From the NCBI GenBank assembly GCA_013239625.1, contig MU053881.1, positions 3,288,001 to 3,352,000 on the forward strand: 64,000 nucleotides of DNA. The letters run 5' to 3'. A model generated the notes under the pieces. That model searched no databases and was not told the DNA's origin. It worked only from the letters and a program-made list of their open reading frames with translations. The translations under genes and the position numbers were made by a program. The stretch's first letter is position 1; each line of letters opens with the position of its first letter. The DNA is from Lama guanicoe (taxonomy: Eukaryota). Below, piece after piece: positions 1-12,625 of this stretch.

Positions 1-285
1 ATTGCTGTGATCATGGGCTGTCTCCTTTTCTTGTCTGGGACCTCTATAAGCAGAAGAGAAGGCTCAGAGCTGTGAAGTGACGTGCTTAATGCCACACAGC
101 TTCTGTGACTCCTGGTCTGCCTGATTCCAGGTTAAATACTCTTAACACTATAGCACATGGTGGATTGCATGCTAATTGCCATGCACAAGGTTAATGGAGC
201 CCAGGGGCTGGAGCTCTAAGGCCCTGAGGGTCAGTAGGTCTTGGTGATGGCACCAGCAGAGTGTGGATCTGGGGCCAAGTGGTCA

Positions 286-389
286 GGGCACACCCACCAG
301 AGGGCGCAGGGCACACCCACAGAGGGCGCAGGCCACACCCACCAGAGGGCGCAGGCCACACCCACCAGAAGGCGCAGGGCACACCCACC
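286..389 (+). repeat. 23-bp minisatellite, ~4.5 copies (GG(G/C)CACACCCACCAGAGGGCGCA)
   Basis: Units at 286-308, 309-330 (1-nt deletion), 331-353, 354-376 and a partial unit at 377-389. Confidence 0.95.
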
Positions 390-805
390 CCGCCAAATTG
401 TTGCCATGGAAATATGAGTTCCAAGGGGCCACATCTTGTGACTTCTTTCAAGAGAAACCAGAAATCCACAGACTATGTAGATTTTCCTAGTTTTTGAATG
501 TTGATAAGTTAGTATATTAAATACAAGGTAAGACAATCAAAAAACATCCATGGGCTGGATTCAGGCCATTGTTCACTGATCCGCTCTTGGTGCCCCAAGC
601 TTTGTCAGGCAGAGTCTGCATTCTGATGATGGGAAGGGAACACGTTGAAGTTAAGAATGATCGATGACTACTTGTAGTCCAGACCGAGATGCACCTGAAA
701 ACCAACGCAAATCTCCTGGTCGTCTCTGATGTGCCATTTGTTTGCTGGTTTACTCATTACGTTCTCTGATGTCTCTTGGGTTAAGCCCCATGAGGGTACT
801 GTGGC

Positions 806-1150
806 TGTTAGAGCCGGCAGATAGCTAGACATGAGCAGAGAAAAGGGGACACAGGCCAAAAGGCAGGAATTGAGCAAAAAGGAAGGGGCGTGGGCCAAAC
901 ACAGGAAATCATACATTATGTAAACAACAGGGGTTCCTGGGCAGACAGAGAAAAGCAGGAACCTCTGGGTGAAAAAGGGGTCACACATTTCGGGGTAACA
1001 AGCGGCCTGGAGGCCGACAAAGAAAGATGGGAAAAGGCAGGAATCTCCAGTGTCTGAATGTAACCTTTGCTCATTATGCCCTCATTTCAATAAAATTAGC
1101 CTTGCAGATTAGACGTACCCATCATGCACCGACACCATGACACTTCTGGT
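806..1150 (+). mobile_element. Possible solo-LTR fragment (ERV class uncertain)
   Basis: Starts TGTTAGAG...TAGCTAGACATGAGCAG, resembling the 5' end of some ERV LTRs; AATAAA near 1089. The 3' boundary is unclear. Confidence 0.35.
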
Positions 1151-1861
1151 CCAGATGAAATAAGGACAAAAACTTCTCCTCTCTCCAGGAAGGTGGAGTT
1201 GGGATGAGAATCAGGGAATATGATCTGAAACCCTTTCTCCCCAAAAGAAGATACTCTGGTCCCGGCACAGGCAGGGGCAGGCGGTCTGAGCGGCAGACAT
1301 GGGGCCTGGAGGAAGGACCAGCTGACCTGCCCTGAGTCCGTGTCAGGGCAGGGCTCCTGGCAGAGGTAATAGATGAGCCAGGGCTTAAGGGGCAAGTAGG
1401 AGAAGGTGAAGTAAAGAGGCGGGAAAGGACACTCTTCGCAGGGGCAACAGCATGTTCTGCAGCATCGAGGCCCAACCAGTCAGGCTGGAGCAGGGAGCTG
1501 GGGCCCACGTGTGGAATGATGGGTATGGGGTGGGCTTGGCTGCAGATCTCAAGGGATGGGGATAGGTGGAGAGGGGGCAGGTGTAGCCCTCTGGCACCCG
1601 GACAAGAGGGGGCTGCATACGGCTAGAGGGCATTCTCCCTGGGAGGGGGTGAGGTCAAAGCTGGAAGGAGCATCCTCGCGGGTTCCTCCACTGGGGAGCT
1701 TAGGAAGAGGTAGGGCCAGGGCCAGGACGCAGGAGGTGAAAATCAAGGGGCCAGCAGAGCAGAGAGGACCAAGGGGCAGCCTAGGGCGTTTCTGGAAGCG
1801 GAGTGCAGGCCGCATTGGGATTTCAGGCTGTTTGCCTAAGTTCTACCAGGCACCTTTGAAA

Positions 1862-2033
1862 ATAGTGACTCAAACTTGGCTGAAATTTGGAATCACTTGG
1901 AGAGCTTTAAAACTCTTGCAATTTTACCCAATTTCCCAGGCCACAGCCCGGAACAATTACCTCAGAATCTTAAAAGCAGAATCTGGAATCTGGATTTCTA
2001 AAGCTACCATGTACAGCCAGGGATGGAGGCCAC
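1862..2033. mobile_element. MER5A-like hAT-Charlie fossil
   Basis: ctcaaacttggc...ggaatcacttggagagctttaaaa...atgtacagccagggatggaggccac resembles the MER5A consensus. Confidence 0.6.
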
Positions 2034-2604
2034 GACAATAAAGGGATGGAGCGAACACCAGGGAACAGACAGACTCCTCCTCCACTTGATTCAAAGCGGC
2101 CCCTCCGCTTCTTGAGATGCGGGGGTGGGGCTGCAGGATCTTCGTGGGAACAGCAGAGTTGACCTGCCATCTGCCCAGGATGGGGGCTGGACTGTGGGCA
2201 GCAGGCAGACAAGCCTTAGGCTTTTGTTCCTCAAATATGGAGACAATTGTCCTAAAAGCATTCTTGTTTCGGGGTGAAAACTCAGTGTGTCTCGCATACA
2301 AAGCATCTGAAAAACACATCATGAATTGGCTCTTTGTTTAAAAATAAAGCAATGCTAAATATCACTTGGAAGCTAATTATGTCCTAAATAGGTCCTGGAG
2401 GCTAAACACAATGTTGATTATGTGGAGAAAGCTGAGTCACTCCAGTACGGGTTTTAAGGAACTGGTTCATTAGGCAAATTAATCGTAACGTAACAGGGCA
2501 GAAATAAGGAAGAAATAAGACCACGTTTCTTTTTGCGCTGGGTAAGTGCTTGCTGCTCCCTTTCTTCTGAGAAGAATATGGTACCTCACTCGCTCTTTAG
2601 GTCC

Positions 2605-2900
2605 AATCCATCCATCCATCCAACCAATGTGTATCTACTGAGCATCTATTCTATGCCATGACTAGACCAGTGAGTGAGGCTGAATCCCTCCCTTGCGGGA
2701 GCTTACTCCTATGGGGGACAGACAATAAAGCAACACATACAGAATTTCAGGGAGTGAAAAGTGGAGTGAAGAAAGCTGGATAAGAGGACAGAGCAATATA
2801 AGAATGGGGAGGGGGCCGACCTTAGAGGGGATGTTCAGGGAAGGCTTCTCTGCAGAGACCTGAATGAAGGAGGGAAAGAACCAGGCAGAGGATCCAGCGG
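2605..2900 (-). mobile_element. L2 LINE 3' fragment
   Basis: (TCCA)n followed by tactgagcatctattctatgcca...cagggaaggcttctctg...agacctgaatgaagg, typical of antisense L2. Confidence 0.6.
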
Positions 2901-3689
2901 AATAGCCTCAGGCTGTCCTAAAAGCAGAGGCTACCGACAATTTTGAGTTGATGCGTGAGTTTCTGATAAGACTGTCAATCAGACCCAGGGCTCCTGCTGG
3001 CACATACAATGCCTTAGTAGAAGTTACAAAAGTTCTCTGGCAGACAGATTACAAAAAGGCACTCTAACCTGTGACTGGAGCAGCTCTAGGTTGGCCCAGA
3101 CTGTAAGCAGAGCCCCTAATAGATTCCAGCTCACTCTCACTCCCCTGGCCCAGGCCATCTTTGTGCAGTGCACAGCCTGTCCAACTGTATGCAGCAGCCT
3201 TCACTGAAGTTCATTTAAAACAGACTCACCTAAGTCATAGGAAAATAATGAGATGGAATAGACTTTCTTTTGCTGGTGAATTTTTATGGGTTTGAGAACT
3301 CTCAGCAAGAAGCCTGAAACAGTTGTGGTGGGATAATATTTTGAGAGATTCGCTGGTTATCTGATTAACTGGTCTCTTTCGTTAACCCCTTTTCTGGTCC
3401 CCCTCCTTCCCTTTCAAATGATCAAGATGTCCTGGGCCAACTTCCTTGGTGGAAAGTAGCTACGGGACAGAGAGAAAGTTGTTAGACTCCGGTCATGAAC
3501 ACATCTGAGTCTATGGAGGGTGGGGAGTGGAGACAATATATTTGAAAGAAATATCCCCCTTATATTTATTTACTCGCTGAATCCACATTCTCCATGTCTG
3601 TTTTCCTCCCCTCCACAGGCAACAGCGCTAACATAGTATTCCGTACCCTCAGAGAACGTGTAATTTCATTCCACATGTTCCATGTTGTT

Positions 3690-4650
3690 TTGGGTGCATG
3701 ATTTTTAAATTACAGAAATGTTTCTTCTGTTGTAGTTCTCCTTTGGTTTCTTACTTTTTCACTCACCGCTGAGTTTGGGGGATCTGTTTTCATGGTCTTC
3801 TGTGTATCTTTTTTGTTCCCTCCGACTGCTGATCCAACCCCTTGGAACAGAGCAGTGACTACATTCTACTCATCTGCACTCCAGGATGACCACCAAGGTG
3901 CCTTCCACTTCTCAGGGCCATAAATCGCTTCGTGATGAATGCCTTCTCATATATCTAGCGAGGGTCCTGTATAATAAAGACCCTGGGTGAGATTTCCGCC
4001 CAGGCAAGCATACTTAATTAAGATACGTCTTGCCACAGAACTCTCCAAAATGGCAGCAATATCTCAACACTCCCCAGAGGTGCCCAGAAAGTCTCCTGTT
4101 CCTCACATCTCACCAAGAACTGGTGTTATTCACCTCTCTGATCTTCGAAGGGAGTAGACTTCTATATTGTCGTTCTGATTTGCAGTCCTTTGGTTATCAG
4201 TGATTTTGAGAATCTTCTCATCTACTTATTAACACTTGCTTGATCATATTCATTGCCTGTTTGTTTTTTTTTTTTTTGAAGTCAGGTTTCCTAGCTTTGT
4301 TCCTTTGCAGATGTCCCGTGTCTATTGCAAATCTCTTCTCCCAACCTGTCATCCTCCTGTTAACGTTGTCTACAGTGTGTTTGGCTGAAAAGAAATCTTT
4401 AATATTGATGTCATTAAAGGCATTCACTTGTGGCCTTGCATTTTGAGCTTTTGAGGTCTTGTGTTAGAAGGTGTCCCCGAATGCTAGCTTGTAAAGATAG
4501 TCCCCAGTATTTAATTCTCTAGCTGTGTAGTTTTATGCATCACACTTGGGTCTTTAATCCACCTAGCACCTACTTTTCTATATGGTGTGAGGTAGGGATT
4601 CAATTTTATTTTTCTCCAAAGAATGAGCCAGTTTTCACTGCATTGTCTAC
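3690..4650 (-). mobile_element. Old L1 (L1M/L1ME-like) ORF2 3' fragment
   Basis: tatggtgtgaggtagggattcaattttattttt and ctgatttgcagtcctttgg match antisense L1 ORF2; the minus-strand ORF at 4218-4427 reads like degenerate ORF2. Confidence 0.65.
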
Positions 4651-4865
4651 TCATCTGTGCACCAGGGGATTTAAGGAGTGTGTTTACTCCTCCCCGAGGC
4701 TGGGAATGATTTCATCAGGCTGTGAGATTCAGCTGACAGCAGAACTCTCTCTACCCTCAGAGAGGTGAAGGAGCATGTTTTGAATGAACCAAGTAGCAAA
4801 CCAGATTCACATAAATTTCTTATAGCTAACACAGTCCCAGTCATCCTGATAAAAATTTGTGGTGG

Positions 4866-5225
4866 ATTTTATTGAGGTACAATTTATACAAAATAAAACA
4901 CATGGCTCACAGAAAGTTGTGTGGCTCACTGAGTCTTGGCAGAGGTATACGTACACATGTATCTACCAGCGCAATCCAGAGAAAGAATATTTCTATTGCC
5001 TGAAAAAAATTCCCTTTGTGCCCCTTGGCAGTCAAGCCCTTACCTCGACAACCACTCATCAGCCTTCTGTAACTAGGTATTAGTTCCGCCTCTTCTAGGA
5101 TGTCAAATAAGGGAAGTTATAGACTTGGAGTCTTTTGTCTCTGGCTTCTTCAGCTTTGGGATCCATCCATGGTGTTGGGTGTATCAGTGTTTCATCCCTT
5201 TTTATTGCTGGATAGGGTTCTGTTG
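4866..5225 (-). mobile_element. Old L1 3' UTR fragment
   Basis: ttttattgaggtacaatttatacaaaataaaa...atccatccatggtgttgggtgtatcagt matches L1M 3' ends. Confidence 0.65.
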
Positions 5226-6239
5226 TGCAAATACCCTGCAGTTTTTTTAATCCAGTGAACAGGATTTTTGAGAATAGCTTCAGGAAACGCTACAGCTGCA
5301 GCCATACTGGAGTGGGGCTTTTGATCACGAGACCTTGGGGGCAGGACTGTTGTTTATGGGATGTCCTGAGGGTGGTGTGGTTCCTACTGGTGTGCTGGGC
5401 ATGGTTCTCCTCAGATGGCTCCTCCCGGGAGGGGATGGCCTCTGAGCCTCTTTGCCTCAATTCAGTGGCCCTCCAGACCGTCTCATCTTAGCTTCCTGTT
5501 TTGTCAGTTTTTCAGTGTGGCCCTGACACTGACCCTGGGAGGTGGGGGAGGAGGACACGAAGGTTCTGGGAGGGATGGCAGTCCTAATTCCCCCCCCACC
5601 ACATTGGCAAATGTCTTTCCTTTTCATTGCTTTTTTCACTGTCCCACACAACATCCACACCAGCATAGGGAGAGGTCCTTACTGTGATGGGCTCACAGGT
5701 CAGTCCTTAACGTTCTTGGCTGCTGCGTAATATGGAAAATCACTTGAAGAAAATTGCCTAGGATTTGCTTTGTGGTGGACAACTAAAGAAAGATGATCAC
5801 GCTTGTTCTCTGATTTACATCAAAGACTGAAAAGGGATGTTTTTAAAAGGGTCTTGAATGTAAAAAAAAGTCTTGTGAGCAGATTTTTCTGTGTGGTAGC
5901 TGAGTCAGACTCAGCACTGTTATCTTGCTTTGTTGAGAGATGCTGAAGTTCATTTGCATAGAGCTGGCGAGAAATTCTGGCTCTTGCGAGGCAATTTCTA
6001 GCAGATCTGAAAGTATCTAGACTTTCTGAACCAAAACACTGCCAGGTGTGTATTTGATTTTTAAAATATTGTTTATATGCTACAAAGGCCAAAATTGTGT
6101 ATGATTCCTTTGGGAAGGATGCCACACTGAAGGGTGCCAGAGCGTGGGAAATGCCTTTGGATCTAAGTTCCTTTTCCCCGCTGAATGGGGCATCTGTGCC
6201 CTTACTGTCTAGTGCACTCTATCCAGCACCAGCTCCCCG

Positions 6240-6640
6240 AGGATTCCCAGTTGCAGACAACAGAGGCCTCTCTTCTTATTTAAACAGAAGGGGATTTGTT
6301 AAGGGATTACAGATTGCAAACCTCCAGGGTGTTTGGAGAATCAGGCGTGGTTATGCATGGTCCGGAAGAAAACACAGTTGGGAGAAAACAGATCAAGGAT
6401 TGTTCTAGAAAAAACCTTTGCCCTAGGGCTCACCCAGTGGTCCTCTCATCTGCTGGTAGCATATCTTCCCTCGTTTCGCTGCCACATCCACATCTAGGTA
6501 TGTATCAGGCAGGTTGAAACCACTTCACATACTTGTGCCCTGGCAACAAAGGAGTCTGGGAAATGTGGCTTTTAGCTCTTCATCCACAGAGAGGCAAGCT
6601 AGGAGGGGTTTGGGGTGGCTGCCGGCAGTGTCTGCCACAA
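6240..6640 (-). mobile_element. MLT1 (ERVL-MaLR) LTR, old subfamily
   Basis: aggattcccagttgcagacaacaga...ttaaacagaagggattt...ggagtctgggaaatgtggcttttagc. Confidence 0.5.
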
Positions 6641-6889
6641 GTACTAACTTGAACTTGGCAGAGACCATGGCAACAGAGGATGGGATGGGAGCCAGAGTCT
6701 ATGTGGTCTCATCCAAAGCAGAGTTTTGAGCCTCTATTTCTTAATTTATCAGACATGACTAAAAATCCAACCTTACAGGGTGCGATGCACTGCTTGGGTC
6801 TCCCTTCAAGGAGTGAACGTAATAGACAACCGCTAGTTAGCGCCTTTAGGATCTGCCTTCATTTTCAAGCAGGAGCTACACTCTTTCTA

Positions 6890-7153
6890 GGTCAATGACC
6901 AGCCATGATGAGAATACAAAGGCCTGTCTATTTCTGCCCAGTGCAGGACTCCCGTGCTGGGAAGTCTTTGCTCTGGAACTCCCCATTGGGTTGAGTGGGC
7001 TGAAATGCTGCCAGATCTGCATCACAGTCCCTTCTGTGTCCAATTCTGCTTTCTTCTATTTTTATCTTCCTTCCACAAACATCGCCTCCCATTAAACCCC
7101 TTGTATTCCTAATCCCATCTCGGTGCCTTCTCCCCAGGGGACCAGACTGATAC
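6890..7153 (+). mobile_element. LTR16-like ERVL LTR fragment
   Basis: ggaactccccattggg...agatctgcatcacagtc...ctcccattaaaccccttgtattcctaatcccatctcgg...aca. Confidence 0.55.
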
Positions 7154-7342
7154 ACAGGACTCTTGTGAAGATGAAACGAGGCAATAGGTCATGAAAGCAT
7201 TGGGTGGAGTGCTGGATACACAATTTCAGTGATTTACTCTTTGATTTCTCCCTTTCCATTTTAATCTATGCTTTTTCCAAAAAAAAAAAAATTATGCCCT
7301 TTCCACCTTCAAAAATGTATCTTGACTCTATTGACATATGAC

Positions 7343-7892
7343 TGGGTAAAAAAGTTGTGGTATATTTATGCAATGGAATGCTACTTAGTGATTAAAAAAA
7401 AGGAATAAAATAATGCCATTTGCATCAACGTGGAGGGACCTGGAGATCATCATTCTAAGTGAAGTAAGCCAGAAAGAGAAAAATACTATATGATATCACT
7501 CATATGTGAAATCTAAAAAAAAAAAGAAGAAGAAGAAAAAGAAAAAAAAGAGAACACGATGAACTCACAAAACAGAAACAGACTCGCAGACATAGTAACC
7601 AATCCTACAGTTACTAGGGGAAAGGGGGTGAGAAGGGATAAATTTGGGAGTCTGAGGTTTGCAAATGTTAAAACCACTATATATAAAAATAGATAAAAAA
7701 CAAATTTCTTCTGTATGGCACAGGGAGCTATCTATTCAATACCTTGTAATAATCTTTAATGAATAAGAATATGAAAATGAACATATGCATATATATATAT
7801 ATATGCATGACTGGGACATTGTTCTGTACACCAGAAACTGACACATTGTAACTGACTATACCTCAATTAAAAAAGAAAGTAAAAGAAACAAA
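7343..7892 (+). mobile_element. 5'-truncated artiodactyl/camelid L1 3' end
   Basis: ORF2 C-terminal motif (aataatgccatttgc...ctaagtgaagtaagccagaaagag), then the 3'UTR ending tgtaactgactatacctcaattaaaaaa and an A-rich tail. Confidence 0.85.
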
Positions 7893-7970
7893 ATTATATG
7901 TTGAATTTACCTGCTGCTTTTCCATCTGCAAAGCTATTACTCTAGTCCCAGGTACCATTGTCTCTGGCCT

Positions 7971-8924
7971 TGTGTTTGTTTTCTGGGGCTGTCATAGCAA
8001 CACACCACTGACGGGATGGCTTAAGCAACAGAAATTTATTGCCTCAAGGTTCTGGAAACTAGAAGTGCAAGATCTAGGTGCTAGCAAGTCTGGTTCCTTC
8101 TGAAGGTTATGAGGTTATTATGTTTCACGTCTCTCCCCAGCTCACAGAGGTTTTCGGGCAGTCTTGGGCATGACTTTACCTGTAGAAGCATCACCCCAAC
8201 ACCTGCCTTCTTCACATGGCAAATCTGTGTCCAAATTTCCCCGTTTTATAAGGATACCGAGTCATATTGAACAAGGGTCCACCCTTCTCCAGAATGACCT
8301 CATCTAAACCTGACTAATTATATTTGCAATGACCCCTTTTCTATATAAGGTCACATTCTGAGGTACGGGGATTTGGACTTCAATATATGATTTTGGGGGG
8401 GGGTGGGTGTTGTGGGGTCTGATGGGCTGGTGCACAGGTGGTAAAAGAACTTACCAAAGACAAAGGGTGAAAATAGAAAAGGAGTTTATTAGGGACACTG
8501 TCACAGACAACAGTGGGCCGTACGGATGAGAGGTGCCCGTGCGAGCCCCGAGGGTCAGTTGCTAAGGCCTTTCATTCGGGAGGGTTACATCAGGTACCCA
8601 GGGGTCACAAGGTACATGATTGGCTTGTGCACAAATCTCTGATTGCTTGTAGGTGAGGTAAGAAGTCTGGGGTCCGTGAAGGGGCAGTGAGGTTTATGAC
8701 TCTGTTAAGGTGGAGACGTGGGCTGAAACAAACCAGCCTGAGCTATTGTACGATTAGGCGTTACTTAAGGCTATTAGTTTGTTAGGGGAAACATGGCCAG
8801 TAGAGAATGTACTTTATCTTTTGAGGGATCGCAAGCAGATGTCTGAGAGCCCAGGAATGGGGGTCGTTGGACTTTGAAGGGTGCCAATTGTCCCCACAGG
8901 GGAGACACAGTTCAGCCTCTCGCA
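7971..8924 (-). mobile_element. MLT1A/B/C-type MaLR LTR, interrupted by another LTR
   Basis: ggcttaagcaacagaaatttatt...ggtcacattctgaggtac...tgattttgggggg, resuming as ggggagacacagttcagcc after 8898. Confidence 0.8.
8411..8898 (-). mobile_element. ERV solo LTR (~488 bp) nested in MLT1
   Basis: Perfect 7-bp inverted termini TGTGGGG...CCCCACA; minus-strand AATAAA (tttatt near 8485); splits the MLT1 terminus. Confidence 0.7.
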
Positions 8925-9324
8925 AGAGGATGCAAGAGCCTCTTAATTGGCCTTCCTGCTTCCTTTCCTGCTTTGCAGAATTCAGGGCAATCTTTTGAAC
9001 ACTTGAATCTGATCACTTCATCCTTCTGCCTGGAATCCTTTAGAGGCTTCCTCTCACACACAGAATGCAATCCAACCTCCTCACTTGGCTCCTGGCATCT
9101 TCACGCTCAGCCCAGACATCTCCTCAGCTTCATTTCTTATCAGTTCCAGACACCCAGGCCATGCCATTTCCCTCCCACCTCACGGTGTGGGCACTGGCTG
9201 TTTTGCCTTTGCTGGGAAGCCCTCCTCTGCTGCTGTTTACCTAGTGGGGTCCTGCATTCAGCCTCAGCTCCGATGTTACTTCCTCAAAGAGGTCTTCCCT
9301 GATCACCCTCCTGTAAGTGTGGTA

Positions 9325-9755
9325 TGTAAGTCAGGATAAGTTTGTGTCTTGCTGTGCTGACAGATGGACCCCAGACCTCAGTGACTTACAACAAGGACAT
9401 GTCCATCACGGGTCAGCTGCAGCCCTGATCCACAATAGCTTCACTCTGGGACAGACTGATCACAGCTTCTACCTGGGACACTGCTGGACTCAGGGGAGGG
9501 AGAAGAGAAACAGTGAACCCTGCACTGGTCTTTAGGTATCTGCCTGATAAACACACACATGGCTTCCAGCCGCATTCTATTGGCCAAAACAAGTCACATG
9601 GACACTTCTGAGTGCAACAGGGTGGGGATGTATAACTCTCCCATAGGGAGGGCGCTGTAAGTCCCACGGGCAAGCCTGAAGTCGGTGAGCTAGGGAAATA
9701 TAATATTCTCCCTGGCGAGAGCAGTAAATATTTAGAACTACAGTATAACCTACCA
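9325..9755 (-). mobile_element. MLT1H/I/J-type MaLR LTR
   Basis: tgtaagtcaggataag...ctcagtgacttacaacaa...cattctattggccaaaacaagtcacatgg. Confidence 0.65.
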
Positions 9756-9865
9756 AAAAGTTCATCCCCAATCTGCATTCTCTTTTATTTCCTCTTATTG
9801 CTTTTTTTTTTGGTAGCAATTATTACAGTAGTAAATTGCAAACAAATCCATACTTTTTAAAAAAC

Positions 9866-9868
<3 letters not shown>

Positions 9869-9900
<32 letters not shown>
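9869..9900. repeat. (GT)16 microsatellite
   Basis: Seen directly. Confidence 0.98.
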
Positions 9901-9903
<3 letters not shown>

Positions 9904-11372
9904 TGATGAAGCCCTGGCCCATGGTAGGCTTTTGATAAATTATCACTGAATGAATGAATGTACGAATGTGAAGAAACCTGGAAAAAGAACAGGCTTTTCA
10001 ATCAGATAGGATTAGGTGTGAATCCCAGCCTGACCTCTTATTTCTATGTGATCTCAGATAAGAGAACAAATATTAACCAAGCTTCAATTTCTTCATATTT
10101 AAAATAAGGCTGATAAAACTTTCACCGGAGTTGGCCCATAGGTGGCACTCAAAAACGGTAGTATTTTTTTTCCCACTTTGTTTCTTTACGAGCTATTCGT
10201 CTTTTGGTGTGGGTTTCATTTTAACACATGTGAGCGTGGACGTGGTATTTACTGCATTGCACCAATTAGGAAAAAAGCATGTTTGGGCTGGTGTTGATTC
10301 AGAAAACTCATTTATTTGGCATTGGCTGTGTTTTGTGACAATGTAACCCAGGAGGACAGTAGCGACCTCTGGCTATGCCACCGTGTCTCATATTCCTTAA
10401 TTAACCTGCTAAATCTGGCTTTTATAAACTTCTCTCTGTTGATACGAGTGTTATGTTTCAACGGATGAATTTGTTTTTCATGCCTTCAAGTAAAGAAATC
10501 TAATTTTTTTTTTGTAATAATGATAATGAGTCCTAGTCCCAAAGCAATGTATGTGATTTTGGAGACTGCTCCCTGGCTCTTTTGTGTTTAATGCAACGAT
10601 TACCGCTGACATACAGAACACCAGCCATCCTCCAGCCAGCATACAGAGATTATGGTCTTTGGAGTCAGACAGGACCCGCAAGACTCCCGCCCTTCCATCT
10701 TTTTCATTTTGTGGCTTTGGACAAATCACTTCCCCTCTCTGAGCCCCCAGTTATCTTGAGTAAAATAGAGACTATGTCTGAATAATGACCAGGCAGGATT
10801 GGTGATGAGAATTACATCATGTCCAGAATCAGGACCAGCACAATTTGGTAGCTTTTTCTGACCCATGGGCTATGGTGCATGTCACTTAGCGGGGGAAGAG
10901 GGGAAAATATTAGCGAGAAACTGGTATGAAAATGAGTGTACTGTCAAAGAAATCTTCATCTTGAAGGGCCTGGATATGCAAGGTGACCCTGGGATGAAGT
11001 GTCAGGCACAGGTGAAAACACGGTACATGAAGGATGCTCAGCAAATGGCAGATTTTCTTCGTGCCATGGAGTAAGTTTGGGATGCTACCTCATAGAGAGA
11101 TTGCTGCAGCTGTTTTTTTGTTTTGGGGTTTTTTTTTTTTTTTTGGTAGAATGTCAGCATTTCAACTAATATCCTTTGGCCAAAAGAGATCTATCCTGGA
11201 TGCCTTAGGCTGAAACAGGACTTGATGGTGAGGATAATGGGGAGCTCACACACCAGAAAAGAGTGGGTCCACCTTACCATGGAGGGTCTGGGGAAGCACT
11301 CTGAGAGCAGGAACGCACAGACCACCCTCCTGAGGCTGCCGTCTAATGGCTCAGCTCTGATCCCCCGTTCTC

Positions 11373-12625
11373 TTTATTGTGGTGAAATATACATAACGTA
11401 AAATACACCATTTTAACGATTTTAAGTGTGTAGTTCAGTGGCATTAAGCACATTCACATTGTTGGGCAACTGTCACCACCATCCATCTCTAGAAGTTTTT
11501 TCCTCTTCCTCAGTTAAACTGAAGCTCTGTACCAACTAAACAACTCTCCATTCTCCCTTCCCCCAGCCCCTGACAACCACCATTCTACTTTCTGTCTGTA
11601 TGAATTTGACTACTCTAGGTGTCTCACGGAAGTGGAATCATACAATAATTTGTCCTTTTGTTAACTGGCTTATTTCACTTAGCATAATCTCCTCAAGGAT
11701 CAAGTGTATGTCAGAATCTTTCCTTTTTTAAGGCTGAATAATATTCCACTGTATGTATACACGACATTTTGTTTACCCATTCATCCATCAATGGACACTT
11801 GGGTTACTTTCACCCATTAATCATTGTGAATAACGCTATTATGAACAGAAGTGTGAATAGATCTGTCTGAGTTCATTTTGAAGGGATGTGAAAATACCTG
11901 TTTTCAATTTTTTTGGGGGGGGTATATGCCCAGAGATGAAATTGTTGGATCATATGGTAATTCTATTTTTAGTTTTTTGAGGAACTGCCACAATATTTTC
12001 CATACTGGCTGCACCATTTTACATTCCCACCAGCAATGCATAGCACGAAGGATCCAGTTTCTTCATCTCTTTGCCAACGCTTGATATTTTCTGCTTTTTT
12101 GATAATAGCCATCGCAATGGGTACAAAGTGGTATCTCCTTGAGGTTTTGTTTTGCATTCCCCTAAAGATGATTGATAAATATCTCTTCAAGTACTTATTG
12201 GCCATTTGTATAACTTCTTCAGAGAAATATCTAATTAAGTTTCTTGCCTATTTTAAAATTTGAGTTGCTTGGAGTTCTTTACAGATTCTGGTTATTAATC
12301 CCTTGTCAGATACGATGTGAATAGTTTCTTCTATTCTGTGGGTTGCCTTTACAATCTGTTGATAGTGTCCTTTGATGCACACAAATTTTACTTGTGATGT
12401 CTTCAGATTTGTCTATTTTTCCTTTTGGTGTCCATGGCCAATTCATTGTCATGAAGTTTTCACCCTGTAGTTTCTTCTAAGAGTTTTATAGTTTTAGCTC
12501 TTGCTTTTAGGTTTTTGATCCATTTGGAGTTAGTTTTTACATATGGCGTTAGGTGATGGTCCAACTTTATCCTTTTGTATGTAGAGATCCAGACTTCCCA
12601 ACAAGGTTTGCTGAAAGGATAGCTC
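11373..12625 (-). mobile_element. L1MB-like LINE 3' portion
   Basis: tttattgtggtgaaatatacataac...cagtggcattaagcacattcacattgttg; minus-strand ORFs 11969-12205 and 12460-12660 resemble the ORF2 C-terminus (KLDHHLTPYVKTNSKWIK). Confidence 0.85.

Larger units (their letters stand above)
8930..9965 (+). mobile_element. L2 fragments, interrupted by an MLT1 LTR and a (GT)n
   Basis: gatcacttcatccttctgcctggaatcc...acttcctcaaagaggtcttccctgatcacc; ends with the L2 tail tgaatgaatgaatg. Confidence 0.6.

Noticed and set aside
286..389. CRISPR-like appearance of the 23-bp repeats
   Set aside because: Units are head-to-tail with no spacers, the context is eukaryotic and there are no cas genes; it is a minisatellite.
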